DNA of 64,000 nucleotides, taken from assembly GCF_009914755.1 (NCBI RefSeq), contig NC_060944.1, one strand, 5' to 3'. Every line of letters begins with the position of its first letter. Positions within the stretch are counted from its first letter, which is position 1. This DNA is from the human T2T-CHM13v2.0 reference genome, Homo sapiens. Made by a program: the position numbers and the translations under genes. The notes beneath the pieces are model-generated. The model was not told the DNA's origin. It searched no databases and saw nothing but the letters and a program-made list of their open reading frames with translations. Shown one piece after another: positions 1 to 13,645 of this stretch.

Positions 1-61
1 CCCCTTGTAAAAGTGAGCATGTCTTTCTGGTCCACTACAGTATTTCTCATACCTAATTCCA

Positions 62-105
62 ATGCCTGGCACACAGTAGGTGCTTTAGATATTTGTTGAT
101 TGGAT
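62..105 (+). mobile_element. L2 LINE 3' tail fragment
   Basis: ATGCCTGGCACACAGTAGGTGCTTTAGATATTTGTTGA resembles the L2 3' end (GCCTGGCACATAGTAGGTGCTCAATAAATATTTGTTGA). Confidence 0.6.
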
Positions 106-227
106 TTGACAAATCCAATGTATGATTTGATTTGTATGATTGAATTTGAATGTATGATTGGATTTGACAAAGGATAGAGAAAAGACTGGGAGAACGCCTC
201 CCAGCGTCTTCATTGTTGTTCTATAGA

Positions 228-425
228 TCGACGCTTCTCAACTGGGCCAGGAACACACGGCGATGTCTGGAGGCATTTTTCGTTGTCACATCAGGGGGTG
301 AGAACAATTGGCACCTGGTGGGTGGGGGCTGGGGGTGCTGCGGAACATCCTGCTGTGCAAAGGGCAGACCCCACAACAAAGGATCCTCCCCAAAGTGCCC
401 ATAGCACCATGTCTGGGAAACCCCG
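228..425 (+). mobile_element. MER20 hAT-Charlie DNA transposon (MITE)
   Basis: TTCTCAACTGGG...GATGTCTGGAGGCATTTTTCGTTGTCACA...GGAACATCCTGCTGTGCA...CCCCACAACAAAG...GTGCCCATAG...GAAACCC follows the MER20 consensus order; its 3' end is the first unit of the adjacent minisatellite. Strand is relative to the consensus as I recall it. Confidence 0.8.
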
Positions 426-1507
426 ATTGACATCGTGCAGTCATAGGGTGCCCATAGTGCCGTGTCTGGGAAACCCCGATTGAGATCGTGCGGTCATAGG
501 GTGCCCATAGCACCATGTCTAGGAAACCCCGATTGGGTTCGTGCGGTCATAGGGTGTCCATAGTGCCGTGTCTGGGAAACCCTAAATGAGATCATGCAGT
601 CATAGGGTGCCCATAGCACCATGTCTGGGAGACCCCGATTGAGATCGTGCAGTCATAGGGTGCCCATAGTGCCACGTCTGGGAAACCCCAGTTGAGATCG
701 TATGGTCATAGGGTGCCCATAGTGCCATGTCTAGGAAACCCCAATTGGGTTCATGCGGTCATAAGGTGCCCATAGTGCCGTGTCTGGGAAACCCCGATTG
801 AGATCGTGCGGTCATAGGGTGCCCATAGCACCATGTCTAGGAAACCCCAATTGGGTTCGTGCGGTCATAGGGTGCCCATAGTGCCGTGTCTGGGAAACCC
901 CGATTGAGATCGTGCAGTCATAGGGTGCCCATAGCACCATGTCTAGGAAACCCCGATTGGGTTCGTACAGTCATAGGTTGCCCATAGTGCCGTGTCTGGG
1001 AAACCCCGATTGAGATCGTGCGGTCATAGGGTGCCCATAGCACCATGTCTAGGAAACCCCGATTGGGTTCGTACAGTCATAGGGTGCCCATAGTGCCGTG
1101 TCTGGGAAACCCCAATTGAGATCGTACGGTCATAGGGTGCCCATAGCGCCATGTCTAGGAAACCCCGATTGGGTTCGTGCGGTCATAGGGTGCCCATAGT
1201 GCCGTGTCTGGGAAACCCCAATTGAGATCGTACGGTCATAGGGTGCCCATAGTGCCGTGTCTGGGAAACCCCGATTGAGATCGTGCGGTCATAGGGTGCC
1301 CATAGCACCGTGTCTGGGAGACCCCGATTGAGATCGTGCAGTCATAGGGTGCCCATAGTGCCGTGTCTGGGAAACCCTAAATGAGATCGTGCAGTCATAG
1401 GGTGCCCATAGTGCGGTGTCTGGGAGACCCCGATTGAGATCATGAGGTCATAGGGTGCCCATAGCACCATGTCTGGGAAACCCTGAATGAGATCATGCGG
1501 TCATAGG
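395..1507. repeat. 53-bp minisatellite, 21 copies
   Basis: Unit GTGCCCATAGTGCCGTGTCTGGGAAACCCCGATTGAGATCGTGCGGTCATAGG starts at 395, 448, 501 ... 1455 (exact 53-bp period). Confidence 0.97.
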
Positions 1508-4500
1508 TAATTTTCTCCTTTTTCTTTGTATTGGCTTTCCAAATTCTCTGAAATAATTTTGTAGTTAAAAAATTACTTATTAAAGAGATATTCTTCACTA
1601 ATACAAGCTGGGGAAGAGGAGGCAGTGCCGCAGTGGGGGGTAGCCTGACCACAGCACACTGCTCCTGTCTGCTTCTTTTTGTCCTGCATGGGGAATTTTG
1701 GGGTGCCAGGTTGAAGGTCTGCACGCAGCCTCAGGCCTCAGAGCACTTGGACATTTGTTCTAGAAAACACCCCCAAGATGTGCCCACTCTGTGGTTTGCC
1801 AAGTAAGTGAGCCCAGGAACGCAATAATTTACTCAAGTGGACAGAATTAGTGCCATTTAGGGAGAGGGGCTGAGTGCTGTATTGAGGGGCCTGGAAGCCG
1901 TCGGGGCTGGGCTGGGTCCGGACTTGCTAAACCTATCTGATCTGACACTTGCGTCAGGAGAAAGGTGGGGGGCAGCTGGTTTTTGTGGGTGACCTGCTAG
2001 CCAGGGCACTTCCTGCGGTAGATGAGAATGTCCACCACCTGCGCCCTCCGAACCGCTTTATTGGACTAAGGGACATCGCCAGGGCTAGACACATGCCCCA
2101 CCACTCTGCACGTGTGGCGTAAGGGGCTCAGCAATTGTCTAAACAGAGGAGGCTCCTTCTTAGACAGCAAAGCTGTGTGTTTTGTATCTGTTGGTCTCAT
2201 TTCCTGTGGGATGTTTCCTGGTTGCAGCATGTCTGTGCTTGGTTAGTAAGACAGTTGGTCCAAAGCTCTTCTTCTCTCCCGTGGGGAATGTGAGCAGAAC
2301 GATCCTTAGGTAGAAAAGCGGAGAACCAGTGCTTCTGCTTCTTTTGCGTAGGTGGACAAGAAATAACAGTGGGAGGATATTGTCTGTCCCTAATTACCTG
2401 CCCTGCATCCAATTTGCTGGTGTCAGGCAGCTTTCCTGAGGCAAGCCCTTGGGTACACTGAGACGCTAGGAGGGACAGCAGCTCCGGGGCCTGCAGGGCT
2501 CTGGGATTTTTTTCTGCCAGGTACACTTCCCCCTGCCTGCATTGTGCAGAAAGGCAAAGATGAGCAATTGGGAGAAAGACAGCCCCAGTGACTCAGCATG
2601 GAGATATTATGGGATAGGGGAGAGCTGGCTACTTCTCAACCCTTCCCCCGCCTCGCTTGCCGTGGGTTTCAGCATCGCGGGGGCTGTGGAGAAAGGCCTA
2701 GAGAGCTTTGCAGGACCAAGTGGTGGTCGGGCAGCCCGTGCTGCAGGAGGTGAACCCGGGCATGTGACACGGTCACAGGGACTCCTCCAGTGGTTTAACG
2801 TGCAGTGTGAGTGGCCTTAACACGGGACCCGGACATGCTGCCTCTGGGCTGGGGAGGGACAGGAACCCGAGGCAGATCCTTCCACCAAACGAGTGTTTTG
2901 CTGTCAGGACGCAGCCTCCCTGGAAGCAGAGGCTCCCCTGCGATTCCGCTCGGAGTCCCACGCTGCTCAGTATGCATGATCACAGGGCGCCACCGGGATG
3001 GAACGCACGGCGCCCCGACGTGATTTTCCAGAGAACTGAGTTCCTTGAATATTAAAATTAACCTTTTTTAATAACAGAAATGATATAGTCCATTGAAGTA
3101 GGGCTGGATTTATCTTATGACAGTGCTTGTCATGGCCTTGAGTATTTATTGAGTAGTTTCAAAAGTTCATTAAACTCAAGAGATTAAATATTGCCCTGAG
3201 CAGTGCCCCATAAAGGGGAAATATGGTCCTATTACTTGGTAAAATGTTGTGCTATGTTGTTAATTCAACTCCCTTGGGTTCTCATCTTCTGATTCAAAAG
3301 ACATTTTCCCGTGCTGTTAAATTTGAACCTTGGACTGTTTCTCACAGTATTCATCAGAAACTCGGTATTGCACATTTATTTCCTAGCGGGGTAGAAACAC
3401 TGGCCCCCCACGGTGCTCTAGAAATGTCAGATGCATTCGTCTTCCATTAGCCCCTCCACCATCCCCTGTGTCACTGCACTAAGTAAAGCCAGTGGATTGA
3501 CATAAAGTCTCCCGATCAGGGAAGGAGGTGCAGATACTCACCCCGATACCCACCAAGGGCAGCCGAGCCTCCTGCTTGAGCACATGCCTTGTCGCTCAGG
3601 GCTTGACGGGATAGAAAACGTGAGGACAGAGCAGCTGCGGGGCCCCTCGGTGATCAGGGCCGTTTATTTTCCTCCTAATTTCTTACTGAATTGATTCCCA
3701 CTGAATCTCTGTAGAAATATCCTCTTTATTATCTCATCTGACCTGAGGGCCTTCATTTGGTTTATACAGAGCAGTCTTGGTGACATTGACAACACTGTTT
3801 AATCGGTCCTCGCGGGAGCTTCCCTGGGGGTGCAGGACCCAGTGTTCCCTCCAACAAGAGGCCATCTCACGGGCGAGCCCACACACCTGGAGAGAAACAG
3901 AAGGCCCAGCATCCGGTCTTCCAGTGGTGTGGGGGACAGCAGCCGGGGGGGGCCGGGGTCTTCCTTACCTCCTAGCTTGTGTATGGATCAACAACCACCA
4001 GCCCCTCTGACGTCGAGGACCCCCAGGGATTGGCAAAATTAAACCTGGATGCTTTGATCGCTGGCAGTAAGCGACACGCTGAACCACAACTTTCTTTCCA
4101 GAGTAATTCTGAATGACAGCCCAGAGTGGGGTCTTTATGGAGCAGGATCCTCACGTAGCCCACATTCGCCACAGCCACTTGGCTGAACCCTATTCTAGGT
4201 GTTGGCAAGGTAGGTGTTGAGTAACAGAGACCCAAAGCATAGTGGTTGCAGCGAGGATCATCGAAGTAGACCTGGCTGGGTGAGAGTCACTGCAGCCCCT
4301 CACGCCTCTGTTGTGTCAGGACAAGATATGTAGCTGGCAGGGTTCTCATGAGGATTACACGAGTCCTGGAGACCGTGCAGTGAACTCTTACACCCCAGGG
4401 CTCAGTGTGTGAGAGCTACTGCCACCTTCACCACCAAGACAGTTGCACCATGGGCTTCTCCTCTTCTGTAAAATGGGTCTGTAACGCCCCTGGAAAAGAG

Positions 4501-6099
4501 TGTGCACTTAATGTTACCATTAACATCATCATAATGACTGCCCCATATTCTATTATACCAATGTAATCTAATAACATTGCTCTATCTGCATAGATCACAG
4601 AAGACGTATAATACAAATACTTATATAAATCATTGCATTGTTATTATTCATCGAGAACTATGCTGTGTGTTTTGAAATGTGAGAGCAGGAAGGAGGCCAC
4701 CCTCAGCTTTGGAGGATTTGTAGGTGATGTTGGTTCGTGTCTCAGGTTCAGCCAGTCATTCCTGGGGAACATTTTCCTCTCTAACCACAGCCCCAGCCCT
4801 TTGACCTCAGTCCCCACCGATCTCAGAGGTGCCCCTTCTCCTGGACATCTTCATTTCCACCCGGGAAGGCATCACTCCAGCATCTCCTGCCATCCAGGAC
4901 TCTCCCGCCCCTGCCTGTCCCTCTCGGGCAGAACCCACCTCTCAGCCCCAGCGACCAGCGGCAGGTGAGCAGCAGCAGCAACCCAGTCCTGAGAACTGCT
5001 TCGTTTGTAAAGAAAGTCGGTTGTTCCCATCTTCCTGGAAAGATGTGTATTTCTTAAACTCTTTCCTGTTTCCACTTTGATAGAGACATAGAGATACAAA
5101 AGTGAGAATGTCCGTTTCTCTGGCAAGGACAGTAAGAAGTAGGTGACAGGTAGCACTTGTCCTTAGGCTGGGCCGAAGAGAGCACCAGGGCGGGGTGAGG
5201 ACTGCGGCCAGGGGACAGCTGAGCACCATCTGAGCAGTCAGGGGGCAGATAAGTGCCATCTGAGCAGACAGGCAGCCTTTCCCAGTGGGTGTTGGAGCCA
5301 GAACTGCTGCCTCCTCTTCCAGCCTCTCAAAAGGAGCCAGCAAATCCATATTTTTAGGTGAAATTATTTAATTTTTAAATGTTGGAAACTTCGTACTTTC
5401 AAAAAAACATAAAACACTCTACGAGCCCAACAGAAGGCACCTGTCGTTTGGAAGCAGTCCATGGCCATGGGGCTGTGAGCCCTCACAACCCTGCCCCTGT
5501 CACCCCCACCCCGCCCAGCAGTGATTCTGAGGCCCCAAGGTCCATCCTGGAAAAGCGCTCCCTGAGCTGGGGCACCTGTCTGGACCCCCACCTGTGGCTC
5601 CTAGGCTGGAGGTTAGAGTCTCCTGGGAGAACTGGAAATGGTAACCTTGAAATTTGAAGCCACTCTCCTCCTGGGAGGACAGGACACTGGGCAGGACGGG
5701 CCTTGGGAAGTCCCAGGGGGGAGATGCACCTTCAGCCTCTCTTGCTCCTGCCTGTCCTAATCCTGAAATTTCACTTTGTCAAAAGAAAAAATGCTGAGGA
5801 ACTCATCCAGAGAAAAATATTTTAGTCTTGTAACTCCAAAATATAGACATTTGTTATTTTATAAATTATATATGGGAACTCCTGTACTACTGTTATTTAG
5901 TAAAAACATACAACATAAATTGACATGTTAAAGTTGCAAAAATAAATTTGTATTAATTATTAACAGCAGAAGAACCTTTTTGCTCATATATGACATATAT
6001 ACATGCATATATATGGCATTAATACGTACATGGCATTATTAATAACGTATATGATATACCATGACATAACATATGCATAGTATTATCAATAATGTTACT

Positions 6100-6388
6100 A
6101 GCCAGGCATGGTGGTTCACACATGTAATCCCAGCACTTTGGGAGGGTAAGGCAGGAGGATCTCTTGAGCACAGGACTTTGAGACCAGCCTGGGCAACATG
6201 GTGAGACCCCATCTCTACAAAAATCACAAGCATTAGTTGGGCATGGTGGTTCGTGCCTATAGGCCCAGCTACTCCAGGGGCTGAGGTGGGAGGATCACTT
6301 GAGCCCAGGAAGTCAAGACTGCAGTGAGCCAAGATGGCGTCACCGCATTCCAGCCCGGGAAACAGGGAGACTCTGTTTCAAATAAAAA
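6100..6388 (+). mobile_element. AluJ SINE
   Basis: Full dimeric Alu with J-type GGAGGATCACTTGAGCCCAGGA; degenerate TSD AATGTTACTA / AATGTTGCTA. Confidence 0.93.
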
Positions 6389-6634
6389 ATGTTGCTAGTA
6401 TTCTAAACACTTAGGTTTTAAAGGGCTTGCTAGCTTTGCTATCGGGGTATTATCTGAAGGCACGAAAACTCTTAGGGGAGTGTCCTGCTTAATGATAGCC
6501 AGCATTGATCCATATTTCATAGTCTTATTAATTGGAGATGTTTGGGATGATTTCATCAATTTAATTAGATCTTCACTTGTCTTTACCCCTAATGTGGCTG
6601 ACAGATAGCTTGGATTAGGACTGGATGTGGGGCC

Positions 6635-6820
6635 GCCAAATTTGTTTGAGTAAATAATACATAAGTTTTATTGGCGCTCAGGCCCATCCGTCGTGCCGTC
6701 TTTGACTCTTATGCTATGACAGCAGCAGCGTCGAGTAGTTGCTGCAGAGACCGTATAGCCCTGAAAGCCTAAAATATTATAGTTACCAGGTGGCCTTTTG
6801 CAGAAAAAGTGGTTATTCCC
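6635..6820 (+). mobile_element. MER58A-like hAT-Charlie MITE
   Basis: AAGTTTTATTGG...GAGTAGTTGCTGCAGAGACCGTATAGCCCTGAAAGCCTAAAATATT...GGCCTTTTGCAGAAAAAGT matches MER58A. Confidence 0.75.
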
Positions 6821-7520
6821 AAACTCAGGTCGGGGTGGAGGGTGAGGGCCACATCCTGGTACCATCCTGGCTACATCGGAATTTCCAGGGCCCTTGAAGA
6901 CCGAGGTTGAGGCCCCTTCCTTGGAGACCTAGCAGGCAGGGAGCCTGGGACTGTGTATGGAACTGAGACTCTGGGGCCATCATGGAGCTCGGCAAGAGGC
7001 TCAGGAGGATCTGGAAAGCACGTGGACTTCCCAGGATGCTGGCAGCGTCCGGTGTTTCTCAAATTGCGTTCTGCGCATAGACCACCTGGGGTGCTGCCCC
7101 CTCACAGCACAGGTTCCTGCCCTCACCTGGCCATGGAACTACTGAGTAACCTGTTTCCCTGAGCATCTCTGTGCCTAGGACTGGCCACGGGGAGCATCCT
7201 GAGACCAGCAGACCTGGCCCGGCTTCCTTGGCCTGGCAACTCCACTTGCTGTGCAGACTTCCTCCTCCTGTCTCCAGCGTCTCCACGTTTCTCGGCTCAC
7301 AGTTCTGGGGCCCTGCGGAGGCCCCGAAGGGGTAGCTTCTTCCTCTGTTCAATCAGTCGCCATAGGCACAGTGACCCATCACTAGCCTAGGAGGGAGATG
7401 CCGGGGGCTGGAAGCCCTGGGGTGGGGAGGGATGCCCCAGGGCTCTAGTGGTTTTCATGATACACTTTTTAATACTACTTAAATCTTTCAACTATGTAAA
7501 CAGTATCTTGATAAAAATAC

Positions 7521-7811
7521 TGTTTTGTTTTTGAGACAGTCTCACTTTGTCACCCTGGCTGGAGTGCAGTGACATAATAACAGCTCACTGCAGCTTCGAC
7601 TTCCCAGGCCCAAGCAATTCTCCCACCTCAGCCCCCGCAAGTAGCTGGGATTACAGGTGCGCCACCACACCCGGCTAATTTTTTGTATTTTTTGTAATAC
7701 GGGGTTTTGCCGTGTTGCCCAGACTGGTCTCAAATTGCTGAGCTTGGGCAATCCACCCGCTTCAGCCTCCCAAAGTGCTGGGATTACAGGTGTGCACCAC
7801 CGCAACTGGCC
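7521..7811 (-). mobile_element. AluJ SINE
   Basis: Antisense Alu (TTTTTGAGACAG...CAAAGTGCTGGGATTACAGG...GGCC) with J-type CACTGCAGCTTCGACTTCCC; degenerate TSD TTGATAAAAATA / TTCATAAAAATA. Confidence 0.93.
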
Positions 7812-8984
7812 TTCATAAAAATATTTATTTAAATGAGGAAAAACCAGAAAGTCTTGAGAAGTGAGGCCTCTTCTGGGTGAAGTTTCTTGCGACGAATGGA
7901 GGAGGCAGGAAGGGCAGCTGCAGGAGGGGGTCCTGGTCTTTTTCCCCAATGGGGTGGTGGCCAGGTCCCGAATTCATGTTGTGAAACTTCACCCAACTGT
8001 GTTCACGACCTTCAGGCTTCCTTGCGCATATCACATGCTTCCTAAACGCATACTTAGAAAAATACAGGCTTTTGAGGGCTTTCCCAACGAGACCTAGAAT
8101 CACCTTGATACGCCGTCGAGACCGAACTTGAAACCTGGGTCTTGTTACTGGAGGTAGCCCCATATCGCCCTTTGAATTAATACTTTTTGTAAATCCTGTC
8201 ATTTTCTTCAGAATGGCATAATCACATTGCATTGTATTTTCCCCATTTCAATGGTAATAGATATAAATGTTTAAACTGCACTATAGTTTTTGTTAGAAAA
8301 AGAATTCCCTCCTGAGCAGGGTCCCCTGTCCTGTTTGTGACTGAGTTATCGGTGCAAGGTGGACATACATGCATACCTTAGGAAGTGGCCACTGAGTGAA
8401 TGGACACATGGATTGGACAAATTAATAAGATTCCCATGTGCCCTGAAGTCTAGAACCATGGTACTGAAACTTTAGCATGAACGTTTGGCCGTATCGCAGC
8501 TGCTATTTTTTTTTAGCGCATCCAGTGTACAGAAGGGATATCACTGGTATTTTGGCCTGACCTGCCCGATGGAGCAGGACAAGGCTGACCGCATGCCGAG
8601 CTGCGTGCCTGGGAACCACATGGCAAGCTTCACCTGCGTGTCCTGAACCAGCCAGAAGTGTGAGCTTCTTTCCACCGATTCACTTGCTGTGTTCATTTGC
8701 AGACAGAGACTTGTATTCTCACGTTAGAATTGAATGAGCATTCAAGCGTATCAGTCTTGGTTATTTATCTTGGAATTGATAATGTACCTCCAAAGATTTC
8801 CGGCTTTAAATATTGACAGAGGCCTGATTCTGCCTTATGGTAGATTTGCATTCTAGATTTCTTCAGCTTATGCACGGAAGGGACAATGTTCCTGAGAGCA
8901 CTGTTAACAACACAAAAGGAAAACTATTTAATGTTTTTTGCGTCTATCACCTCTAAGGGTGGAGAGAGCAGGGTGGATGGACTC

Positions 8985-9390
8985 TGTGAGGCAGGGCTCC
9001 CCAGGGAAGCAGAATCATCGGATGTGTATACACAGAGGAGATTTCTTTTAAGGACTAGGCCCCAAGGGCGTGGGGTCTGGCAAGTCTGAAATCTGCAGAG
9101 CAGGCTGATGGGCAGGAGGAGACCAGGGAGAGCGGGTGTGGCCCTTCGAGTCCCAGGGAGTCTCCCGGCGAAATTCCCTCCTCTTCTAGGGAGCCGAGTC
9201 TTTCTTAAAGCCTCAACTGATTGGACAAGGCGCACCCACACCATGGAGTTTCATCCACCTCACTCCATGTCTACGAACTGAATTGTTAATCCCATCTAAA
9301 AATATCTTCACCACCACATTCAGGCTGGGTACCTAGGTCTGGGTACTGTGGCCTAGCCAAATTCGTTAATTTTGACACATACACAATTAT
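8985..9390 (-). mobile_element. MLT2 (ERVL) solo LTR
   Basis: GGCAAGTCTGAAATCTGCAG, CCTCAACTGATTGGACAAGGCGCACCCACA, GTTAATCCCATCTAAAA, CTGGGTACTGTGGCCTAGCCAA...TTGACACATA are diagnostic of antisense MLT2. Confidence 0.8.
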
Positions 9391-9570
9391 GTCTTGGAGG
9401 AAGATTGGCCTTGCGTCAGTCATTGTGTGTCCCCTTTCTCAGGCCAGCAGGTGTGACTGGTGTGCCCAGAGCAGGACTCTCACAGTCAGACCCCGGCCAC
9501 AGCCCAGTCCTGTAGGCCCTGTTGCTCTCACATTTTCAGATTGTGCAGCCTCTGGCCATGGAGGTGTGAT

Positions 9571-9624
9571 GCTGATGTAGGTTAAATGCTGATGTGGGTT
9601 AAATGTGGATGTGGGTTAAATGCT
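9571..9624. repeat. 17-bp tandem repeat, 3 copies
   Basis: GCTGATGTAGGTTAAAT / GCTGATGTGGGTTAAAT / GTGGATGTGGGTTAAAT. Confidence 0.85.
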
Positions 9625-11789
9625 TTGTAAAGTGAACCCCAGGTCATTATTTATACTAAGTCCTTAAAGCCTAGGCCCACCACTCAGAACCTTAACAATT
9701 GTTTCAGGAGGAAAAACCCACTTTTTAAAAAGATTTTTTATTGGAAAATTTCAAACTTACACAAAGGTAGAGAGCATAGTATCCCTGAGCCCCTGGCTCA
9801 TCTCCCAGCTCCCTCTATGACCACCCCAGGCCTGGCTCAGCCTTTGCACCCCCTCTGCCCTCCCCAAAGCCTCACCTCCATCATGAGGTCCTATCCGGTT
9901 GGTCTATGGTGTGTGCCGGGCCTCGCTGCAGGACTTGGCAAATTGGCCACTCACGTCCACCTGCCCATCCATCAACCACGAAGCACTTGGCCTCTCCAGT
10001 TCCCTTTCAGTGTTTTTTCAACCTGCCTCTTTTTTAGTTCCTGCTCACATGTGTGATGCTGGGCTCAGGAGATCCTGAGGGGAGGAACTCAGAGCCTGCC
10101 CTGCAGGGGCTCGGGGACAATGGTGCCTTCCCCGGCAGGGTCTGAGGGGCTCAGCACAGGTTGCCCACTGCAAGCCCAGTGGTTCTCACGCACTCCTGCT
10201 CTAGGCAACCAACCCCCTGGACAGCTGCTTTGGTGACCAGTGGTAGGGGGAATAGCTGGATGGGCCCATTTTCACCAGGATCCCTCCTGTCATTTTTCAA
10301 ACCAGTCCCCCTTACAGCTGGGCAGCACGTTTTGGGACAACTCTCCCACAAGTGGGCTGTGGCCTGGCCCTAACTGTAGAGAACAGCCATGCCCAGGCTG
10401 GCTTCAATCTGACTGTCACAGCTCTGATGGCAACACAGAGGCCCCCAGGTCTTCGGGGGGCTTCTCTGGAGGGAGTTAGTGCCTCCCAATCTGCAGAAAC
10501 TCCTGGAGACCTGAATGTTTCGTCTGTCAAAAGATGATGCTCTACAATCAGAGCTTTCCTGTGATCAACAGGACCTCTCAGGAGTTATAGTTATTGGAAA
10601 CTGAAGTATTCACTGGAAGGAAGGAAAGGAAGGAACCCTTTAGGGCTGATCTGAGGTGGAAAGTGATGCTGCACTGGGGGTAGCTTTGCTGCATCAGAGT
10701 TCAGGGAAGAGGACCCAGTCCTCCTTGCAGCCTAGATGATCCCCGGAAACCCTAGTTCTGCTTTGATAAGAGACATCCCCTAAATCTCAGGACTACTGTC
10801 AAAGGTTTATTTCTTGCTCATTCTGTATGTTCCCATGAATCTGTAGGGACTCTGCTCCATATGGTCACGCATGGATCCAGTCTCCACCGTCTCATCTCTG
10901 CACCATCGGGAACACATAGGCTCCTTAGTCACTGCTGTGGGATGAGCCCCCTGGGAGCAGTCCTGGCCTTGGGGGTGGGGATGCGAGAAGCTTCTTTGGG
11001 TCCCTTGGTGGGACAACAAGGGCTCCTGGCTGCAGCACCAGAGGGCTTCGGGGCCGGCCTGGCCCCACCTCCGCTGGTACCATCACCTCCTTGTTGTTCT
11101 GGCCTTTCTATTTCCACTGGCCCTGCCCCCTTCCAGAGCCTCATCCTTTCATCTGCACCTTGTGAGCTCCTAACTACTTTCTAAGCTGACGTCCCTTTGC
11201 CACTGTAGTCATTCTTTCTCTGTATTCTGCTTTCTTCAGATCTTCTTTCACAGTCGCCAGCATGCAGATGCAACCCTGTCATCTTCCACCCATTTCACAC
11301 CTGGCCCTCCAGACAAGTCCAGAGCTCCTAGCACGGTCCCTAGACCCTGTTTCCGGGCCATGCAGGCCTCTCCAGCCTCAAGCTCATCACTGGGCAGACG
11401 TACTGTCCTTGGGAGACTCTGAAGTGACAACCTTTAGGAGGCAGGGCCTACCCACTGTCACCCAGATAAACCTGAAGCCTCTTCCCATGCAACCTGTACT
11501 TTTCACTCCAAATTTCAAAAATGCAATTGTAAACCTGCTCCACCAATAAGTAGCCCATGGGTCTTTGAGAAGGAAGGATCTGTATCTTTTGGTTCTGTGC
11601 CTGGTACATTGCAGGCTTCAGTCCCTGTTGTGCGTTGAACTATGCAGAAATCATCCATGCCATTTTTTTGTCATGACAAAAAGAACAGGGTCAGAATCTC
11701 ACGATTGCACCCTACTCTACCATGGGGCTGTCATGAATGTTGTGTGGCATCTTTTTTGTTTGAAATGAGAGAAACGTAACTCGTGCTCG

Positions 11790-12190
11790 TGCAGCCAAGA
11801 GGGACATGGGTTTCTTCACATAACCTGAAGCGCAAGGACAGCCTGGCTTCAGGCGTGGCTGGATCCAGGTTTTCAAATGTCCGATCTCTTGAACACAGTT
11901 TCTTCATATGGTGGGCACTGTGACATATCATGACCTCTTAGACTGCCAGCCTCTTCTCATAACTGTGATAGGAATGTCACTCTGTCTGGTCTGGTTTAGG
12001 ACAGAATTCTACACATCTGTAGATTCTTTGGCCAGGGAGTAAATACAATGACTAGGCCTGGGTTACAGACCCACAGCTGAGGCCCCAGTGTAAGTGAAGG
12101 GTCAGCCCTGCAGTCATCTGCTGGAACGGAGGCCAGTGAAAGAAGGAGAAGGGAGCCCAGGGGACAGAGGCCACAGTCACCTGTGACAAA
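11790..12190 (-). mobile_element. Old MLT1 (MaLR) LTR fragments
   Basis: TCACATAACCTGAAG...GGCTTCAGGCGTGGCTGGATCCAGG resembles antisense MLT1J/K/L. Confidence 0.45.
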
Positions 12191-12416
12191 AGCTGCTAGG
12201 AAGAACTGACCAGCTGCACATGCATTTGATGATGGACTTCTATAACCATCTTGTTCACAGGTGTATCACGGAGGCCAGCAGTGGTTGCTCAGATGTTGTT
12301 TGTGGAGGCTGGAAACATCCCTGGGTAACATTTGTCCCAGTCACCTAGCTACACAGCACAGAATGGATTGGTATAATAATGGATATTTGCACAGAGCTCC
12401 TGTCTTAAAGCATATA

Positions 12417-13056
<640 letters not shown>

Positions 13057-13224
13057 TCTACATAGCATCTTATCTGAAACAGGTGTTAGGCCAGTTTATA
13101 GATGAAGAAACAGAATGGTTAAGCCACTTGTCCTTTTGTCACTAGGATGGAGTTCATTGGAGAAAATCCATTTTTCCTTTCTTCCTTATTTACAGATCCA
13201 CAAATTTACATAGGACAATAATCC

Positions 13225-13645
13225 ACCCAACAAAAAGGCTGATTTCCCAGGCTCCCTTACAGCGAAGCATCACCCTGTCACTAAGTGCTGACCACTGTGA
13301 TTAAGTGGAAACGTTTTGTGGGACTTCCAGAAAGTTAATTTTGCAAATTTTGCAGGGGTCTCTCCTGCCCCCATTCTCCCTTTCTCCTTTTTCCTGCATG
13401 GAACACAGCTGTGATAGCTGGAGGTCCAGCAGCCACCTTGGACCATGAGGAGATCTTGAAGAGGCAAGCTACACATGTACACAGCAGAAGAGCAGGAGGC
13501 GGGTCTTGATCTTTGCCATCCTCTTTGCTACTATCATCCTCCTGCATTGCCAGATTTTGGGCTTCACTTACAGGAGCAAATACAGCCCTATGGGTTTGAG
13601 GGTGTTTCCTTGTGTGCAGTTGAACCTGCAGTCCTTCATACTGAG
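13225..13645 (+). mobile_element. Old MLT1 (H/I/J-like) LTR
   Basis: TTCCCAGGCTCCCTT...GCTGGAGGTCCAGCAGCCACCTTGGACCATGAGG...GCAGTTGAACC motifs typical of MLT1. Confidence 0.6.

Noticed and set aside
395-1507. Regularly spaced repeats resembling a CRISPR array
   Set aside because: The units are contiguous with no unique spacers, there are no cas genes, and the DNA is primate.
2640-3030. CpG-enriched patch as a possible CpG-island promoter
   Set aside because: Short, with only modest CpG density and no supported downstream exon.
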